A DNA stretch of 64,000 nucleotides. Origin: Candidatus Dormiibacterota bacterium (GTDB taxonomy: Bacteria; Chloroflexota; Dormibacteria; Aeolococcales; Aeolococcaceae). Where the stretch lies: NCBI GenBank assembly GCA_963718525.1, contig OY970355.1:3200001-3264000 (forward strand). Direction: 5' to 3'. The notes under the pieces are model-generated. The model did not search any database. It saw only the letters and a list, made by a program, of their open reading frames with translations, and was not told the DNA's origin. Numbering within the stretch: the first letter of the stretch is position 1; every line of letters starts with the position of its first letter. Position numbers and translations under genes: made by a program. Positions 19,155 through 28,940 of this stretch are shown piece by piece.

Positions 19155-20326
19155 GGGGCGGGCGCGCGCCGATCCCGAGGGACGTGTTCGACGGCGCGGC
19201 GTGCGGCACGGCGCAGCAGCGCCCTGGTGTGGCGCATCGGGTCGAGGTCGCCATCGAACCCTTCGAGAGAGATCGCGGCGCTGAAGAGCTGGGGCAGCGG
19301 ATCAGCGACGCTGCCCGCAATGGCGATGCACGGGATCCCGTGCCGGTGCGACCTTGCTGCGACCTCGGCCGGCGCCTTGCCGGTCAGCGTCTGGCTGTCC
19401 AGGCAGCCCTCGCCGGTGATGGCGACGCTCGCCGTTCCCAGCGTGGCATCGAGGCCGACCATCTCGCAGACGAGGCCGGCCCCCGCCTCCAGCCGGGCCC
19501 CAGCGAGCGCGAGGCCGAATCCGCATCCACCCGCGGCGCCCGACCCCGGTACCCGTGAGACGTCGCCGCGGCTCAGCCCTGAGGCCACGAGTGCGAAGTG
19601 CGTCAGCGCTCGCTCGAGGCGCAGCACGTCGTCAGGGCTCGCGCCCTTCTGTGGCGCAAACATTCGTGCCGGGCCTGCCGCTCCCAGGAGTGGGCTCCGG
19701 ATGTCGCACGCGACCGCGATCGAGCATCGAGACAACGCGTTGAGCAGCGGCGAGAGGTCGATGGTGGCGACGTCGTCGAGGCCCGCACCTCCCGGACCGA
19801 TCTCCTGGCCCCGCGGGCCGAGAAGGCGGCCGCCCAGCGCCTGGAGCAGCCCGGCACCCCCGTCGGTACAGGCGCTGCCGCCCACGCCGACAATGATCTC
19901 CGTCGCGCCGGCGTCGAGCGCGATCCGGATCAGCTCGCCGGTGCCGCGCGACGTTGCGTGGAGTGCGTCGTGTTGACCTGGAGCGAGACGCCGCAGTCCG
20001 GACGCCTCCGCCAGCTCCACGACCACCCGGTGGGGTCCGATCCATCCCAGCCGTGCGTTGACCGGCCTCCCGATGGGACCGGTGACCCGGTGCTGCGTGA
20101 CCCGTGCGCCGGATCCGCGCCACGCGAGCAGCACGTCCAGCGTGCCGTCACCCCCGTCGGCGATCGGTACCTCGATCGCATCCCAGCCCGCATCGCGGAC
20201 GCCCCGCGCGATCGCCATCGCTGCTGCGGCAGCACCGATCGTGCCCTTGAATGCATTCGGCGCGCACACCGCGACCGGCCTCGCCCCGTGAGCACCGCCG
20301 GGAGCAGGCGGAACGGCTCGACGCAT
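19151..20326 (-). CDS. glxK: Glycerate kinase (GlxK/GarK type)
   Basis: APNAFKGT, PIADGGDGT, ELAEASG, GVGGSACTDGG, FAPQKGA, GSGAAGG, TGEG.LD.QT..GK. Start uncertain. Confidence 0.9.
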   Translation of the reverse strand: MRRAVPPAPGGAHGARPVAVCAPNAFKGTIGAAAAAMAIARGVRDAGWDAIEVPIADGGDGTLDVLLAWRGSGARVTQHRVTGPIGRPVNARLGWIGPHRVVVELAEASGLRRLAPGQHDALHATSRGTGELIRIALDAGATEIIVGVGGSACTDGGAGLLQALGGRLLGPRGQEIGPGGAGLDDVATIDLSPLLNALSRCSIAVACDIRSPLLGAAGPARMFAPQKGASPDDVLRLERALTHFALVASGLSRGDVSRVPGSGAAGGCGFGLALAGARLEAGAGLVCEMVGLDATLGTASVAITGEGCLDSQTLTGKAPAEVAARSHRHGIPCIAIAGSVADPLPQLFSAAISLEGFDGDLDPMRHTRALLRRAARRAVEHVPRDRRAPAP

Positions 20327-20378
20327 CGGCGTCCATGGTGAGGAATCCACGGCTCCATGCGAAGGTCAGAATGGTCCC

Positions 20379-21629
20379 GTGACCAGCCGGGCCATGACTG
20401 CGGGAGTCGGCGTGGCATTTGTGGCCGCATCGATCGTCAGTCCGCTGGTGCTGAAGACGACTCCGTCGGACCTCGATCTGTATTTCTGGCCATCGGCCGA
20501 GACCGTGGTCAACGGCCATCCGCTGCTCATCTATGCGGCTCACGTCCACGACGTGTATCCCAATGCCAATGGCCCGCTTGGCCTGGTTCCCCTCATCCCG
20601 GTCGTGGCCCTTGCCGATGCGCTCGGGTGGGCGAGCAGCCTTGCCGGTCGCGCCTCGATGGCCGGAGCGGTCGTGTCACTCGCCGTCCTGCTGCTCGCAT
20701 ACCAGGTGGTCGGTTTCGCCGCGAGTGCACGAGGGGGAGTTCGACACCCGCTCGGCATCGCGTCCACCGTGCTCCTTGCGCCGGCACTGTGGATCGCGGT
20801 CCTCGACTACGGCCATGTGGAGCAGCCGATCGAGCTGTGCCTGGTCCTCTTCGCACTGAGCAGCCTGCTCAGCGACAGGAATGTGTCGTCAGGGATCGCT
20901 CTTGGGGCCGCGGTGCTCACCCGCACCATCGCGGGATTCTGCCTGATCCCTCTGATCTTCGCTGCGCTCGCGACGCGGCGGATTCGACCGGCGGCGACGA
21001 TCGTCCTCGCCGCGGCCGCCACCATAGGTGCCGGCATCCTCCCGTTCTTCCTCGCCGACGCCAACGCTGTCACGCATGCGCTGATCACGTACCGGGGAAG
21101 TCTTCCGATCGGCGGGGGGTCCTTCCTGGTCGTTGCGCGCGAGGCCGCGTGGGCGGGCCTCGTCAAGGGAGGTGACGCGTACCTCGCCGTGGCGGTCGCG
21201 ATCGCGCTGACGGGACTGACACTGCTGCGGAAGCCGGCCCTCGCGACAACCCATGCCGGGCTCGCCGGCCTGGTCACGGTCGCGTCGTGCTGCTTCCCGC
21301 TCTTCGCCAAGACGGTTTTTCCGTATTACCTCCTCGAGCCGTATGTGTTCGCCACGTTGTGGTGGCTGGCGCGCCCGGGCAGCGCCCGCACGTGGCGAGC
21401 GGTGGTTCCGGGGTTGCTCACGATCGATGTCTTCATCGTCAAGGCGGCGTCGATATCGCCGTTCAGCGCATGGGGCATCGTTGCCGGGATCACCTCGTCG
21501 GCAACGGTGGCCATCGCGGTGGCGCTCGTGACCTTCGATCTGCTCCGCTCTCCGGAGCACGCCGTGGATCATGTGGTTCAGCGTGTGCACAGTCCTCAAA
21601 CGCGTCCGGCCGCCCAGGAGGCGCGGTAG
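20379..21629 (+). CDS. Multi-pass membrane protein, GT-C-fold (GT87-like) glycosyltransferase candidate
   Basis: About 10 hydrophobic segments; SDLDLYF, YP..NGPL, YGHVEQP, PYYLL motifs; CAGAAT 6 nt before GTG. Confidence 0.55.
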   Translation: MTSRAMTAGVGVAFVAASIVSPLVLKTTPSDLDLYFWPSAETVVNGHPLLIYAAHVHDVYPNANGPLGLVPLIPVVALADALGWASSLAGRASMAGAVVSLAVLLLAYQVVGFAASARGGVRHPLGIASTVLLAPALWIAVLDYGHVEQPIELCLVLFALSSLLSDRNVSSGIALGAAVLTRTIAGFCLIPLIFAALATRRIRPAATIVLAAAATIGAGILPFFLADANAVTHALITYRGSLPIGGGSFLVVAREAAWAGLVKGGDAYLAVAVAIALTGLTLLRKPALATTHAGLAGLVTVASCCFPLFAKTVFPYYLLEPYVFATLWWLARPGSARTWRAVVPGLLTIDVFIVKAASISPFSAWGIVAGITSSATVAIAVALVTFDLLRSPEHAVDHVVQRVHSPQTRPAAQEAR

Positions 21630-22328
21630 GTGCCGCCCGAGCGCGGTCGCTTTCTGCTCCTCGGCTCCGGGGAGTTCGAGCCGTGGGCGGCGGACGCCGA
21701 GCGATTCGCGCTCGCCGGCGCCGTGGGCGACGGGTCGGTCGCCGTCCTCGCAACCGCGAGTGGACGCGAGGGCGAGGCCGTCTTCGAGCGATGGACGAGT
21801 CTCGGGCTGGCCCATTACGAGTCGCTCGATATCCGGGCGCACGCACTCCGGGTGCGCTCTCGCGTCGACGCACTCGCTGTGGGCACGTCGAGCCGGCTCG
21901 ACGAGGTGAGCATGGTCTTCTTCAGCGGCGGCAGCCCGAAATACCTCGCTCAGACGATCGCTGGAACTCCGTTGTGGGATGCCGTGCTGCGGCTCATCGA
22001 ACGCGGCGGTGTCTTTGGTGGATGCAGCGCGGGCGCGATGGTTGCCGGAATCTCGCGCATGCCGTTTCCGTTCGGGAGCGGGCTCGATCTGCTGCCGGGC
22101 ACCGCTGTGGGCGTCCATTGGGACGCCCTGTCGGGTTGGTGGATCCGCTGGCTGCGCGACCTGGCACCGCGGCGTCTGCCATCCCAGGTGAGCTTTTTCG
22201 GAATCGCCGAACACACGGCGATCGCGTCGGACGGCGATGCCTGGCACGTCTTCGGATCCGGCGTGGTCGACGTGCGACGGGGCTCCGAGCGGCATGCCGC
22301 TACGGCCGGCGAGCGATTCCCGAGGTAG
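21630..22328 (+). CDS. Peptidase S51 / cyanophycinase-like protein
   Basis: LLGSGEF, FFSGGSP, nucleophile elbow GCSAGA, H(WD), GIAEHTA. Confidence 0.8.
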   Translation: MPPERGRFLLLGSGEFEPWAADAERFALAGAVGDGSVAVLATASGREGEAVFERWTSLGLAHYESLDIRAHALRVRSRVDALAVGTSSRLDEVSMVFFSGGSPKYLAQTIAGTPLWDAVLRLIERGGVFGGCSAGAMVAGISRMPFPFGSGLDLLPGTAVGVHWDALSGWWIRWLRDLAPRRLPSQVSFFGIAEHTAIASDGDAWHVFGSGVVDVRRGSERHAATAGERFPR

Positions 22329-22491
22329 GGAGCGTCCCACCGGTGGCATGCCGCTTTGGGGGCGGCTGCAAGGACGGATTTTGCAGAATGCTGGCGTGGT
22401 TCCCCTTCGTCACCGCCTAAACCGCGCCGATTCGAGCGCGCCGACAGCCGCGTCCACGCGCCGCAATCCGGGCCTCCGCGGTTCGACGAGG

Positions 22492-23568
22492 ATGGTCACC
22501 CGCCCGCGCCTGGTCGCGGCGCTGTGCGTCGCCACCCTGACGGCCTGTTCAGCACCGGTCGCGTCCGTCGCCACGTCGACGGTGCGAGCAACGGCCAGCC
22601 CTTCATCGAGCGCAACACCATCTGCGGCGCCGACCCTGGCGCCGCCATCCCCGAGCAGATTGCCGGGAGCATCGTTCGCGCTCCCCCCGCTCCCGGCGGG
22701 TGTGCCCTTCACCGGCAAGCTGCTCATCGCGGATCGCGGCAATGGCCGGATCATCGAGATCACCCCGAATGGCCAGGTCGATTGGGTGTTTCCCCGGCCC
22801 GGACAGAAGCTGCCGGTGCCGTTCGGAGCACCCGACGACGCGTTCTACACGGCTGACGGCACGACGATCATCGCCAACGCCGAGGGCCGTCAGACCGTCA
22901 CGGCGATTGACAGGGCGACCGGAACAATCCTCTGGCAGGTTGGTCACTACAACGTCCGCAGCAGCGCGGCCGGCTATTTCAACGAGCCCGACGACGCCGT
23001 GCCGCAGCCGGATGGGACGATCTGGGTGGCCGACATCCGCAACTGCCGCCTGGTGCATCTCAGCGCCACCGGCGCGTGGTTGGGAACCCTGGGAAACCGT
23101 TCGTGCCGGCACCGGCCGCCGGTGAGTTTCGCCGAGCCAAACGGTGCCTTTGCGACCGCGGGTGGATCCCTCATCGTCACTGAGATCGGCGGCAGCTGGG
23201 TCACATCACTGGTACCGGGGGGCGCGGTTGCCTGGTCGGTTCGAGCACCGGTGCGCTACCCGTCCGACGCGATGCAGATGTCCGACGGTTCGATCCTCCT
23301 GACCGATTACTCGCTCCCGGGCGCCGTCGTACGCCTCAGCAGCACCGGCAGAACCCTCTGGTACTACCGACCGACCGGCGCCGCGGAGCTCAACCACACG
23401 TCAATCGCCATACCGATCGCAAGCAATCGCATCGCGATCTGTGACGACTTCCACAGCCGGATCACCATCGTCGATCCCGCAACCAATCAGGTCATCTGGA
23501 CATTCACGGGGACCGGCTCGTCTCGCCTCTTCTATCCCGACGGCATCGACTACGAACCTCCCCAGTGA
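22492..23568 (+). CDS. Lipoprotein with NHL/PQQ-like beta-propeller
   Basis: Lipobox LTAC, Ser/Thr/Pro linker, repeats LIADRGNGRI, PDDA, VADIRNCRL, YPSDA, YPDG. Confidence 0.75.
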   Translation: MVTRPRLVAALCVATLTACSAPVASVATSTVRATASPSSSATPSAAPTLAPPSPSRLPGASFALPPLPAGVPFTGKLLIADRGNGRIIEITPNGQVDWVFPRPGQKLPVPFGAPDDAFYTADGTTIIANAEGRQTVTAIDRATGTILWQVGHYNVRSSAAGYFNEPDDAVPQPDGTIWVADIRNCRLVHLSATGAWLGTLGNRSCRHRPPVSFAEPNGAFATAGGSLIVTEIGGSWVTSLVPGGAVAWSVRAPVRYPSDAMQMSDGSILLTDYSLPGAVVRLSSTGRTLWYYRPTGAAELNHTSIAIPIASNRIAICDDFHSRITIVDPATNQVIWTFTGTGSSRLFYPDGIDYEPPQ

Positions 23569-23575
23569 CGGTGCC

Positions 23576-24571
23576 GTGGCGGCATCCTGGCACAGCGGGT
23601 GTCGGGCGACGCTGACAGGTCGCAGAGGGGGATCACAGTCGCGGCACTTCAGCTTGGCCTGCGCCGCGGTGATCACATTCGCCCTCACCGGCTGCACGAG
23701 CGCGGTCACCACGCACACGTCGCCGGCGCCCACCCCGAGTCCGCCGCCACCGACTGCAGCTGTGACACCGATGTCCACACCGGCCGTCAGCACGACGCTC
23801 GCCAGCTGCACCCCGGCGGTGACACGAGCGGCGCTCCACATGGTGCATCACTTCAGCGTCTCGCCGGACGACATCGCCGTCGATGCTGCCGGCCGCCTCT
23901 GGGTCAGCGCACGCGAGGCGAATCAGCTGATCAGCATGAATCCCGATGGTACCGGCGTCGCCACGATGACGGTGACCGGCGGACCCGAGGGCGTCGCCAT
24001 AGCAGGCTCGCGGGTCTACGTCGCGCAGCAGAACGTCAATGCCATCGCGCAGGTCACGCCGCAGCGCAGCACTGTGACGACCTTTCCGAACCACACAGCC
24101 AACGCGGGGATCGACGGCATCGCTGCCGGCGCGACCGGTCAGACGCTGCTCGTCCCTGACAGTCCCAACGGCATGCTCCTCGAGCTCGCGCTCGGCTCGC
24201 CTCCGACGACGCGGGTGATCGCCACTCATCTCGGCCGACCGGTGTCGGCGGCTGCGGGATCGGGCGGGGAGATCTTCGTCGCGAGCGAATCGTCCCCCGG
24301 ACTCGTCGTGATCACCCCGGAGGGGAATGTGCGGAAGATCGGCGGCTTCACCGATCTCGACGAGGTCGTCGGATATCGCGGCCTGCTGTACGTCACCGAG
24401 TTGAACCGCCATGACGTGGTCGCCGTCGATCCAACATCGGGTGCGTCCGTCGTCCTTGCGACCGACCTTCCGGCGCCTCAAGGGCTGGCGGTCACCGCCG
24501 GTGGGACCCTGGAGATCGTTGATTCCACGACCGCGGCGCTCTACTCCCTTCCAGCGTGCGGAGTCGCATAG
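23576..24571 (+). CDS. Lipoprotein with NHL/SGL-like beta-propeller
   Basis: Lipobox LTGC, Pro/Thr linker, SPDDIAVD, GPEGVAI, IDGIA, PQGLAV repeats. Start uncertain. Confidence 0.72.
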   Translation: MAASWHSGCRATLTGRRGGSQSRHFSLACAAVITFALTGCTSAVTTHTSPAPTPSPPPPTAAVTPMSTPAVSTTLASCTPAVTRAALHMVHHFSVSPDDIAVDAAGRLWVSAREANQLISMNPDGTGVATMTVTGGPEGVAIAGSRVYVAQQNVNAIAQVTPQRSTVTTFPNHTANAGIDGIAAGATGQTLLVPDSPNGMLLELALGSPPTTRVIATHLGRPVSAAAGSGGEIFVASESSPGLVVITPEGNVRKIGGFTDLDEVVGYRGLLYVTELNRHDVVAVDPTSGASVVLATDLPAPQGLAVTAGGTLEIVDSTTAALYSLPACGVA

Positions 24572-24591
24572 CGACGATACCGACACTCGGG

Positions 24592-26034
24592 TCAGAGGTT
24601 CGTCGCGATGAGCAGCACCGCGGCTGCGGTCATCAGGGCTGTGGCAATCCACACGAGCGAGTTGCTCAACAACCCACTGCGGTGCTCCCCCATCACCGTG
24701 CGATCGCGAGCAAGCAGCGCGATCAAGACGAGGATCGGGGGTGCCACCAGGCCGTTGATGATCGCGGTGACCACCAGCGCCTGGATCGGATCGATGTTGA
24801 GGACACTCATCAGCAGCCCGCCGATCAGTGCAACGGCAATGAGCCCGTAAAACGTCGGACGCGACCTCGGCGTCTCGCTGAGGCCGCCGCGGAATCCGAA
24901 GAACTCCTTGACGGCATACGCTGCACTGGCGGTGAGCACCGGAATGGCAAGCAGGCCCGTGCCGATCATCCCGAGCGCGAACAGCACGAATGCGAACGGT
25001 CCGGCAAGCGGCTTGAGTGCCTCCGCGGCCTGTTGCGCGGTCTGGATGCCCGCGTGTCCGGATCCATGGAGCACCGTTCCGGACGCGAGGATGATGCAGT
25101 ACATCACCAGCTGGGAGAACAGCATTCCGATGGCAACATCGAGTCGCGCTGCGCGCAGCTCCTTCCGACTGGTGCCCTGGCGCTCGCGCTCGGTGGTCGC
25201 ACCTGCAGCCTTCATCTCGTCAACCTCGCTCGACGCCTGCCAGAAGAACAGGTAGGGGCTGATGGTCGTGCCGAGAATCGCGACGACGATGCCGATGAAA
25301 CCTTTGTTCAGCTCGAAGTGCGGGATGAAGGTCGCCTCGAGTGTTGCCATCAGCGGCGGGTGCACGATGACGACGGTGACGACGTAGGCGAAGAGCGCCA
25401 GCGTGAGGTACTTGAAGCAGCGGAAGATCACCGAGTACGACAGTCGAAGCTGCATGAAGCCGATGAGCAGAGCCACCGGCAGGAGGAACCACGCGGGCGG
25501 GATGTGGCTCCCGGTCAGCAGCGACCCTCCGGCGGCCACAGCTCCGAGGTCGGCGCCGACATTGATCGTGTTGGCGCAGAAGACGAGAACGATGCACAAG
25601 CCCACCAGGACGGTGGGAAACTTGCGGCGCAGCGAGGTACCGAGACCGACCCCGGTCTGCAAAGCGACCCGGGCACAGGCTTCCTGGACGGCAATCATCA
25701 AAGGGAAGGTGAAGATCGCAAGCCAGAGCGCGCCGAGCCCGAATTGGCTCCCCGCCTGCGAGTAGGTCCCGATTCCGGACGGGTCGTCGTCGGAGGCACC
25801 GGTGATCAGACCGGGGCCGAGCAGGTGGACGATGCCGGCCGGTCCGCGCTGTAAGACCTCATCGACGCTGCTCCGTCCGGCCTTCGGTGACCCGGTGGCC
25901 GCCCCGGTACCAGGCTCTTTCGCCACGACCTCCGGCGGCGGCTCGGCTTCGACGCCGGAGATTCGTGACGCAACCGCGCGGATCGGATCCTCCCGCTCCT
26001 CAGAATCAGCCGGCACTGGCCCTCGTGTCGCCAT
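24592..26034 (-). CDS. NRAMP-family divalent metal cation transporter
   Basis: GPGLITGASDDDPSGIGTYSQAG, NTINVGADL, GTTISPYLFFWQ; about 11 TM segments. Confidence 0.9.
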   Translation of the reverse strand: MATRGPVPADSEEREDPIRAVASRISGVEAEPPPEVVAKEPGTGAATGSPKAGRSSVDEVLQRGPAGIVHLLGPGLITGASDDDPSGIGTYSQAGSQFGLGALWLAIFTFPLMIAVQEACARVALQTGVGLGTSLRRKFPTVLVGLCIVLVFCANTINVGADLGAVAAGGSLLTGSHIPPAWFLLPVALLIGFMQLRLSYSVIFRCFKYLTLALFAYVVTVVIVHPPLMATLEATFIPHFELNKGFIGIVVAILGTTISPYLFFWQASSEVDEMKAAGATTERERQGTSRKELRAARLDVAIGMLFSQLVMYCIILASGTVLHGSGHAGIQTAQQAAEALKPLAGPFAFVLFALGMIGTGLLAIPVLTASAAYAVKEFFGFRGGLSETPRSRPTFYGLIAVALIGGLLMSVLNIDPIQALVVTAIINGLVAPPILVLIALLARDRTVMGEHRSGLLSNSLVWIATALMTAAAVLLIATNL

Positions 26035-26322
26035 TCAGGATCCTCGGGTTGGCCGTTGTTGCACTATGCCGATTCGACAGGAGCCGCCCGCAGTCGTGGC
26101 GCGCGAGGCGCATATGCGCTCCTTACGGTGGCTGGCTAAGTAAATATGATAGCGAGACTACCACATTGAACGCCATCATGACGGGTGGGGCGTGCCGGAC
26201 GGTCACCGGCGTGTAACGCGGCGTGAGCGAGGCGTCGGATAGGAGTGCTCTCGAACCTGCAGGTGCGCTTCATTAGGAGGCATTGGGCGGCGCCGGCCGC
26301 CGACCACGAGGAGGTTCGCTGC

Positions 26323-27063
26323 ATGGCGTCGCCGGAAAGGCCAACGATCGCTGCGGGAAGCGGACCACGCCGTCGCGCCCTCTTCCACCGAAACCGGCCC
26401 GAGGCAGCGCTCGAACCCACCCCGCCGCCCATTCTGGCCACCGGCGTCACCTGCACAGTCCCCGGCTGCGCGAACGACACCGCGCAGCCCTGCGCCTATC
26501 GCGACGGGCGAGGGCGCGCGTGCGCAGCCGCCTACTGCCCCGATCATGGGGTGTCCACCAACGGCAGGTTCTACTGCCGGCGTCATGCCGGTGTCGTCCG
26601 CGCCGTCGGCGCCATGGAGACGCCTGCCGGTGGAATGCCGGACGTGGACAACCGCGCTCCGTCCCTGGTGAACTGGATCGCGCGTGACCTTGACGGCAAT
26701 GTCCGCCGGTTGCTTTCCGGCTGCGCGAACCGTGGCGAGAGCGTCATCACCGACGAGACGGTGCACATCGCGCGGGATTTCAACCGCAAGGCACGGTGGG
26801 AGCAGAGCTGGCGGCTCGTGGACCACACCGGACTGATCCTCAAGGTGACGATTCAGGTGTTCGAAGAGAACGACACACTGGTGCGCGTGCATGTCGGCAG
26901 CGGCGTGATCGCGGATGCGGTGCCGCCCTGGATCGTGCGCAGAACCGAGGACACCGACGTGGCAACGGATGTTGCCCAACGGCAGCGCTTCTACCAATGG
27001 CTCGACGAGAGCATCTTCATGGCCGTGGATCGGTTTCGGACCGATCGCGACGGTATGCGCTAG
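26323..27063 (+). CDS. Hypothetical protein with Cys/His zinc-finger-like N-terminal module
   Basis: GAGGAGG SD before ATG 26323; C-x4-C-x7-C-x9-C-x4-CPDH-x9-CRRH. Confidence 0.7.
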   Translation: MASPERPTIAAGSGPRRRALFHRNRPEAALEPTPPPILATGVTCTVPGCANDTAQPCAYRDGRGRACAAAYCPDHGVSTNGRFYCRRHAGVVRAVGAMETPAGGMPDVDNRAPSLVNWIARDLDGNVRRLLSGCANRGESVITDETVHIARDFNRKARWEQSWRLVDHTGLILKVTIQVFEENDTLVRVHVGSGVIADAVPPWIVRRTEDTDVATDVAQRQRFYQWLDESIFMAVDRFRTDRDGMR

Positions 27064-27087
27064 CTCTCGACGAGGCGATGACAGCGA

Positions 27088-27828
27088 TCAGTCGCTGAGA
27101 ATCGAGGGTTGGGGCATCCCTTCGAGCACGCCCGATGTGGCATGGGCGGCCGGGCTTCCCGGGACATACACGGTGACGCCACCCGCCCCCAGGCATCGCC
27201 ACGATCCTGACTCCCACAGTGCGCAGGTGCGCTCATCGATGCCGATCAGCACGGCGTCTGGCAACGCTGCTCGGGCCGAGGGGTACCATCGCTGACCGAA
27301 GGTGTCGTGGTGCGGAATCACGGCCGCGTTGGTGATGACGCCAAGCCCGGGCACCGCGCGGCGCTGGGTGTGGCCGGGAAAGGACTGTCGAACCAAGGTC
27401 TCCGAGCACAGCGCCATCGCACCGGCCGACGAACCGGCGAGGGCTGCCCCATTCCGCCATGCCGCGATGATCGCGTTGCCAACCGGGCTGCGGCTGAGAA
27501 CCGACACCACGAGTTCCGGGTCACCGCCCGGGATGTAGCAGAATCCGGCATGAGCCGACTGCTCGACGAGCCGCGGGTCGTGTGCCTGCTTTCTTGTGTA
27601 CACCGCGAGCTCGGCGACGTCCAGGCCGAATCGGCGAAACCATTCCTGCGCGTGCCGTACGGCCAGTTCCGGACGCGACCTCGCCGCGGCAGTTGCAATG
27701 ACGTAGGCAGGCCCTCGCGCCGCTGCGGCGAGCAGAGCGTCGTGCGGCTCATTGCCTGGATGAAACTCGTCGCCGCCGACCAGTGCGAGCAACCCAGGGC
27801 TCGGTTCGACACGGTGCGACTCCATCAC
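27088..27828 (-). CDS. Peptidase S51 / cyanophycinase-like protein
   Basis: LVGGDEF, YIPGGDP, GSSAGA, IPHHD, GIDERT. Confidence 0.85.
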   Translation of the reverse strand: MMESHRVEPSPGLLALVGGDEFHPGNEPHDALLAAAARGPAYVIATAAARSRPELAVRHAQEWFRRFGLDVAELAVYTRKQAHDPRLVEQSAHAGFCYIPGGDPELVVSVLSRSPVGNAIIAAWRNGAALAGSSAGAMALCSETLVRQSFPGHTQRRAVPGLGVITNAAVIPHHDTFGQRWYPSARAALPDAVLIGIDERTCALWESGSWRCLGAGGVTVYVPGSPAAHATSGVLEGMPQPSILSD

Positions 27829-27886
27829 CCACCGTCACCGGCCGTGTGACGGCGTTCCGTGCGCAGGCGCGCTGTCCAAGCGAACG

Positions 27887-28069
27887 TCAGGCGCTGATGC
27901 GTTGCGCTTGTAGAGCTGCCTCGAGACGCAGTCGAGCGTCGGCCTCCCGCCTCGCCTCCACGACCAAGTCCGTCAGCACGCGAGACGTGTCTCGCTGCTG
28001 CAGATACCTCTTGATCAATCGGCTCTCAGCGTGGTCTGCACGGCGCTGCTGCCACCAAATCCAGGCCAT
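27887..28069 (-). CDS. Small hypothetical protein, 60 aa
   Basis: Strong AGAAAGGA SD before ATG 28069; predicted helical, Arg/Glu-rich. Confidence 0.55.
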   Translation of the reverse strand: MAWIWWQQRRADHAESRLIKRYLQQRDTSRVLTDLVVEARREADARLRLEAALQAQRISA

Positions 28070-28204
28070 CGGGGTTTCCTTTCTAGACGCTCTCAGTCTA
28101 GCTCGGAAGTCCCGTCTCGGCAGGCATTTTCGTGAGCAATACTTGGGTCACTGCCCTCTGCTGGGAAGGGCCGCTGCTTTCGCCGATCCGGGGGCGAAAA
28201 ATGG

Positions 28205-28879
28205 TCAGGTGGAGTGCCGGAAGGCGACGCTGATCCGCGGCCCGGCTGTCGCGACCTTGGGAACAGCGTGGAGCCACGTGCGCTGGCTGGTCCCTCCCAT
28301 GACCACGAGATCGCCCATTCCGAGCGCCAGCGAGAGCTCGGTCTTCCCCTCTCGTGGGCGCATGACGAACCGGCGGGGGTGCCCCAGCGATACGGTGGCG
28401 ACCACCGGATCGACGATGCGGCGCGGGATGTGATCCCCATGCCAGGCCACCGAGTCACGGCCATCCCGATACAGGTTGGCGCTCACCGAGTCGAACGGGC
28501 GCTCATAGCTTTGGACCAGCAGTTCGAGCATCCGCCCGACGGAGGCAGGGAGGGTCGCGAGGTCTGCAGGTGCCGGCCATCGGGCGACCAACCGAGGGGT
28601 GACCACGACCTTTCCGTAGAGCTCCTGAGTCGTCGACTCCCACGGCGCTGACCGCATCAACTCCTCGAACAGGCTGTCGGCGCCACTCAGCCATCCCGCT
28701 GTGTGATCGACCCACGCGGTGGCGTCCAGCTGGTGCCGGATCAGGCCCGAGAAGTGAGGATCGGGAAGCGGTTCGCCCTGGCCGAACAGCGAGGGCTGCC
28801 ACGCGCGTTCCGCCGGCGGGTTCGGCGCGGCAACCTCAGCGCGTTCTCGATCGTCGTTGAAATACGCAGAGGCGTCCAC
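28205..28879 (-). CDS. alkB: AlkB-family 2-oxoglutarate/Fe(II) dioxygenase
   Basis: NLYRDGRDSVAWHGD, VSLG..R.F, GDLVVMGG..QRTWLHAVPK, RIS..FR. Confidence 0.9.
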   Translation of the reverse strand: MDASAYFNDDRERAEVAAPNPPAERAWQPSLFGQGEPLPDPHFSGLIRHQLDATAWVDHTAGWLSGADSLFEELMRSAPWESTTQELYGKVVVTPRLVARWPAPADLATLPASVGRMLELLVQSYERPFDSVSANLYRDGRDSVAWHGDHIPRRIVDPVVATVSLGHPRRFVMRPREGKTELSLALGMGDLVVMGGTSQRTWLHAVPKVATAGPRISVAFRHST

Positions 28880-28940
28880 GAGGACATCTGTACCGCGAGG
28901 GCCCCTGCCGCGAAACGAACCCGCTCAGGGGCCACACCGC

